Shown here piece by piece: positions 34,125-35,669 of a stretch of 35,669 nt of DNA. This DNA is from a virus (Duplodnaviria > Caudoviricetes): IMG/VR virus record IMGVR_UViG_3300032290_000659, positions 1 through 35,669 of that record, one strand, 5' to 3'. The notes below the pieces were generated by a model. The model worked only from the letters and a program-made list of their open reading frames with translations, searched no databases and was not told the DNA's origin. A program made the translations under genes and the position numbers. Numbering within the stretch: the first letter of the stretch is position 1; each line of letters begins with the position of its first letter.

Positions 34125-34379
34125 TCAATACTTATGGACATAAATCTCAAATGTAATTTTAGTACCAGCACTATATTTACTCATCGTATCCATTTCCATA
34201 CTCATATTTGTAACTATAGCATCGCAATTCATAACTTGTTCTGCGACTTGTTTAAAAGATGCTTTCAAATCGTGAGGGTCATAAGTTATAAAACCTTTTG
34301 GTTTCTCTACTGGTTTTGGAGGTTCTGGTGGTTTTGGATTGTAGAGTTCATTATATTTTTCTATAAGAGGATTAGTCAT
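34125..34379 (-). CDS. hypothetical protein
   Basis: Stop sits at the element edge. Confidence 0.65.
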   Translation of the reverse strand: MTNPLIEKYNELYNPKPPEPPKPVEKPKGFITYDPHDLKASFKQVAEQVMNCDAIVTNMSMEMDTMSKYSAGTKITFEIYVHKY

Positions 34380-34480
34380 TTCTTACACCGATGTAATGGA
34401 ATACGAAGAAACTGAAAAAACCTTCCAATATATCCTATCTGTGCTCCACATTTAGGGCAACAATATGATGGGTGGGTCAT
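34376..34480 (-). CDS. Cys-containing peptide, 34 aa
   Basis: Manual read: MTHPSYCCPKCGAQIGYIGR...; ATGA overlaps on both sides. Confidence 0.5.
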   Translation of the reverse strand: MTHPSYCCPKCGAQIGYIGRFFQFLRIPLHRCKK

Positions 34481-34614
34481 TCTTTATCGCCAAAATGTTC
34501 AAGTAAAGCACGGGCAAGTCCTCTCACTATTTCTTTATCATACCACCAATCCATACCATCACTCAAATATCCTTCAATAAATCCATCAAGTTCTTCGTCT
34601 GTTGGTTTAGTCAT
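34477..34614 (-). CDS. hypothetical protein, 45 aa
   Basis: Manual read: MTKPTDEELDGF..LARALLEHFG. Confidence 0.55.
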   Translation of the reverse strand: MTKPTDEELDGFIEGYLSDGMDWWYDKEIVRGLARALLEHFGDKE

Positions 34615-34796
34615 TTCACTCCAATCAGTTTAGCAAAATCAGGAGTGATAGTAAGGTTTTGTTCTCTTACAAGATTACGAACTTCCTTACGGAGATGAAG
34701 ATACTTATCTCGGTATTCTGTGAGATACTTTTGTGCTCGGTTCTTTTCATCAAAGTCCTTTTGGTGCTCATAGGTTCTGGTTTCGTAGTATCTCAT
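34611..34796 (-). CDS. hypothetical protein
   Basis: Coupled track ORF. Confidence 0.65.
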   Translation of the reverse strand: MRYYETRTYEHQKDFDEKNRAQKYLTEYRDKYLHLRKEVRNLVREQNLTITPDFAKLIGVK

Positions 34797-35035
34797 TTTT
34801 CATATTCTCCCAGTCTATAAAATGCTCTAAAACCTTTAGCAAGAGCACCTTCTGGTAAGTCCCGATAATCTGGGTCATAATGTTGAACCATTCCCAAAAT
34901 TGCGGTTGCTGTTTCTACTGGGTCTGGGATTTCTCCACTCCATTTTACAAGAGACCCACCATCCCCACCAATATGTTCCACAAGATGAACCATTACTTTT
35001 TCCCAAGAATTATTGGGCAAATCACTGAAATTCAT
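34793..35035 (-). CDS. hypothetical protein
   Basis: After TATAAT (about 35059), a GGGCAC..GTGCCC hairpin and a half-element at 35095. Confidence 0.7.
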   Translation of the reverse strand: MNFSDLPNNSWEKVMVHLVEHIGGDGGSLVKWSGEIPDPVETATAILGMVQHYDPDYRDLPEGALAKGFRAFYRLGEYEK

Positions 35036-35083
35036 AGGGTTCCTTTGTATATAAGAGCATTATACACCAAAGGGCACCCAATT

Positions 35084-35647
35084 TCAAGTGCCCGTGTTCC
35101 AGTTATCATCAATCCACTTGAACCCCAAGAGTTTATCCATACAAAAACGGATTACAAAATTCGGTTTAGTCGGCATATAGAACCTCACATAACCATTTCC
35201 AATTGTATAATAACCTTCGTGTTTATTTCCTTGTTTGATTACAAAACTGGAAGTAATATTACTACCATCACCAAAAACAGAAAGTTTAGAGTAATCTAAT
35301 GTTCCTGTAAGTTTAGGTGGGAAAAATCCATTCTCACGGGCATACTCAAAGTCAGCATCCTGCCTCTTACAGAACTCCTCATACCTTTTTTTCTTATACA
35401 ACCAATTGTGCCCTATCCTATATTCAAGATGAGTTTTCTCAGTCAGTTTCTCAAACTTCTCTTCCAGTTCTTGTTGGATTTCTTCTAATGACTTGCGTGG
35501 TTCAGGAATATCAAGATAAGGTTTGATTACATCAAAATACTCAAAATCTTCGGTGTAATAAAAAGCACCACAAATAAAAGGAAGAATACTTTGAGGTGCT
35601 CCCACAAGTTTCTTTGGATTGAGTTTGTATCCTATTTTTTCAGTCAT
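35084..35647 (-). CDS. hypothetical protein, paralog of 31833-32396
   Basis: Shared motifs as for 31833-32396; both are 187 aa. Confidence 0.75.
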   Translation of the reverse strand: MTEKIGYKLNPKKLVGAPQSILPFICGAFYYTEDFEYFDVIKPYLDIPEPRKSLEEIQQELEEKFEKLTEKTHLEYRIGHNWLYKKKRYEEFCKRQDADFEYARENGFFPPKLTGTLDYSKLSVFGDGSNITSSFVIKQGNKHEGYYTIGNGYVRFYMPTKPNFVIRFCMDKLLGFKWIDDNWNTGT

Positions 35648-35669
35648 TTTGCCCTCATAGCAGTAATCA

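Noticed and set aside
5604-34127. True integron attC array
   Set aside because: The elements are only 24 bp, lack the RYYYAAC..GTTRRRY layout and long hairpin, and there is no integrase in the window.
447-35111. Element as a sigma54, CRP or NtcA site
   Set aside because: TGGCAC is not followed by TTGC at sigma54 spacing, CRP needs TGTGA-N6-TCACA, and NtcA needs GTA-N8-TAC. None fits.
4193-35526. Remaining plus-strand track ORFs (for example 5605-6144, 16976-17446, 29160-29672, 34880-35299)
   Set aside because: They are antisense shadows of tightly coupled minus-strand genes, with no supporting promoters or motifs.
1-35669. tRNA, rRNA, IS elements, integrase, photosynthesis genes
   Set aside because: None was recognised by eye; tRNAscan-SE and Rfam searches would be needed to exclude RNA genes formally.

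Overview
This is an AT-rich, gene-dense segment of a large T4-like myophage genome, most likely a cyanophage. That assignment is inferred from protein families and promoter style; no hallmark core or photosynthesis gene is present. Nearly all genes lie on the minus strand, and the only credible plus-strand gene is a degenerate HNH protein at 2117-2656. The window looks like the hypervariable early region: about 90 mostly small hypothetical genes are split into short units by about 21 copies of a quasi-palindromic element (TGTGCCA-N10-TGTCACA), placed 28-30 nt from a -10 box wherever I measured it. Three blocks stand out. (1) A mostly non-coding region at about 0.4-2.1 kb carries bidirectional and convergent promoters, a 90-bp tandem repeat with iteron-like cores and an apparently dead HNH (possible origin or regulatory hub). 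(2) An island at 9-15 kb holds late-promoter genes for basic proteins with T4 capsid-targeting-like N-termini, including an ADP-ribosyltransferase-like plus GNAT polyprotein. (3) A restriction-modification-like locus at 18.5-24.1 kb has two SF2 helicases, two PD-(D/E)xK nucleases, and an apparently catalytically dead N6-adenine MTase-like protein overlapping a Mom-family adenine-modification gene. Block 3 is the best candidate for an undescribed system. All family assignments come from motif recognition by eye; no database searches were run.
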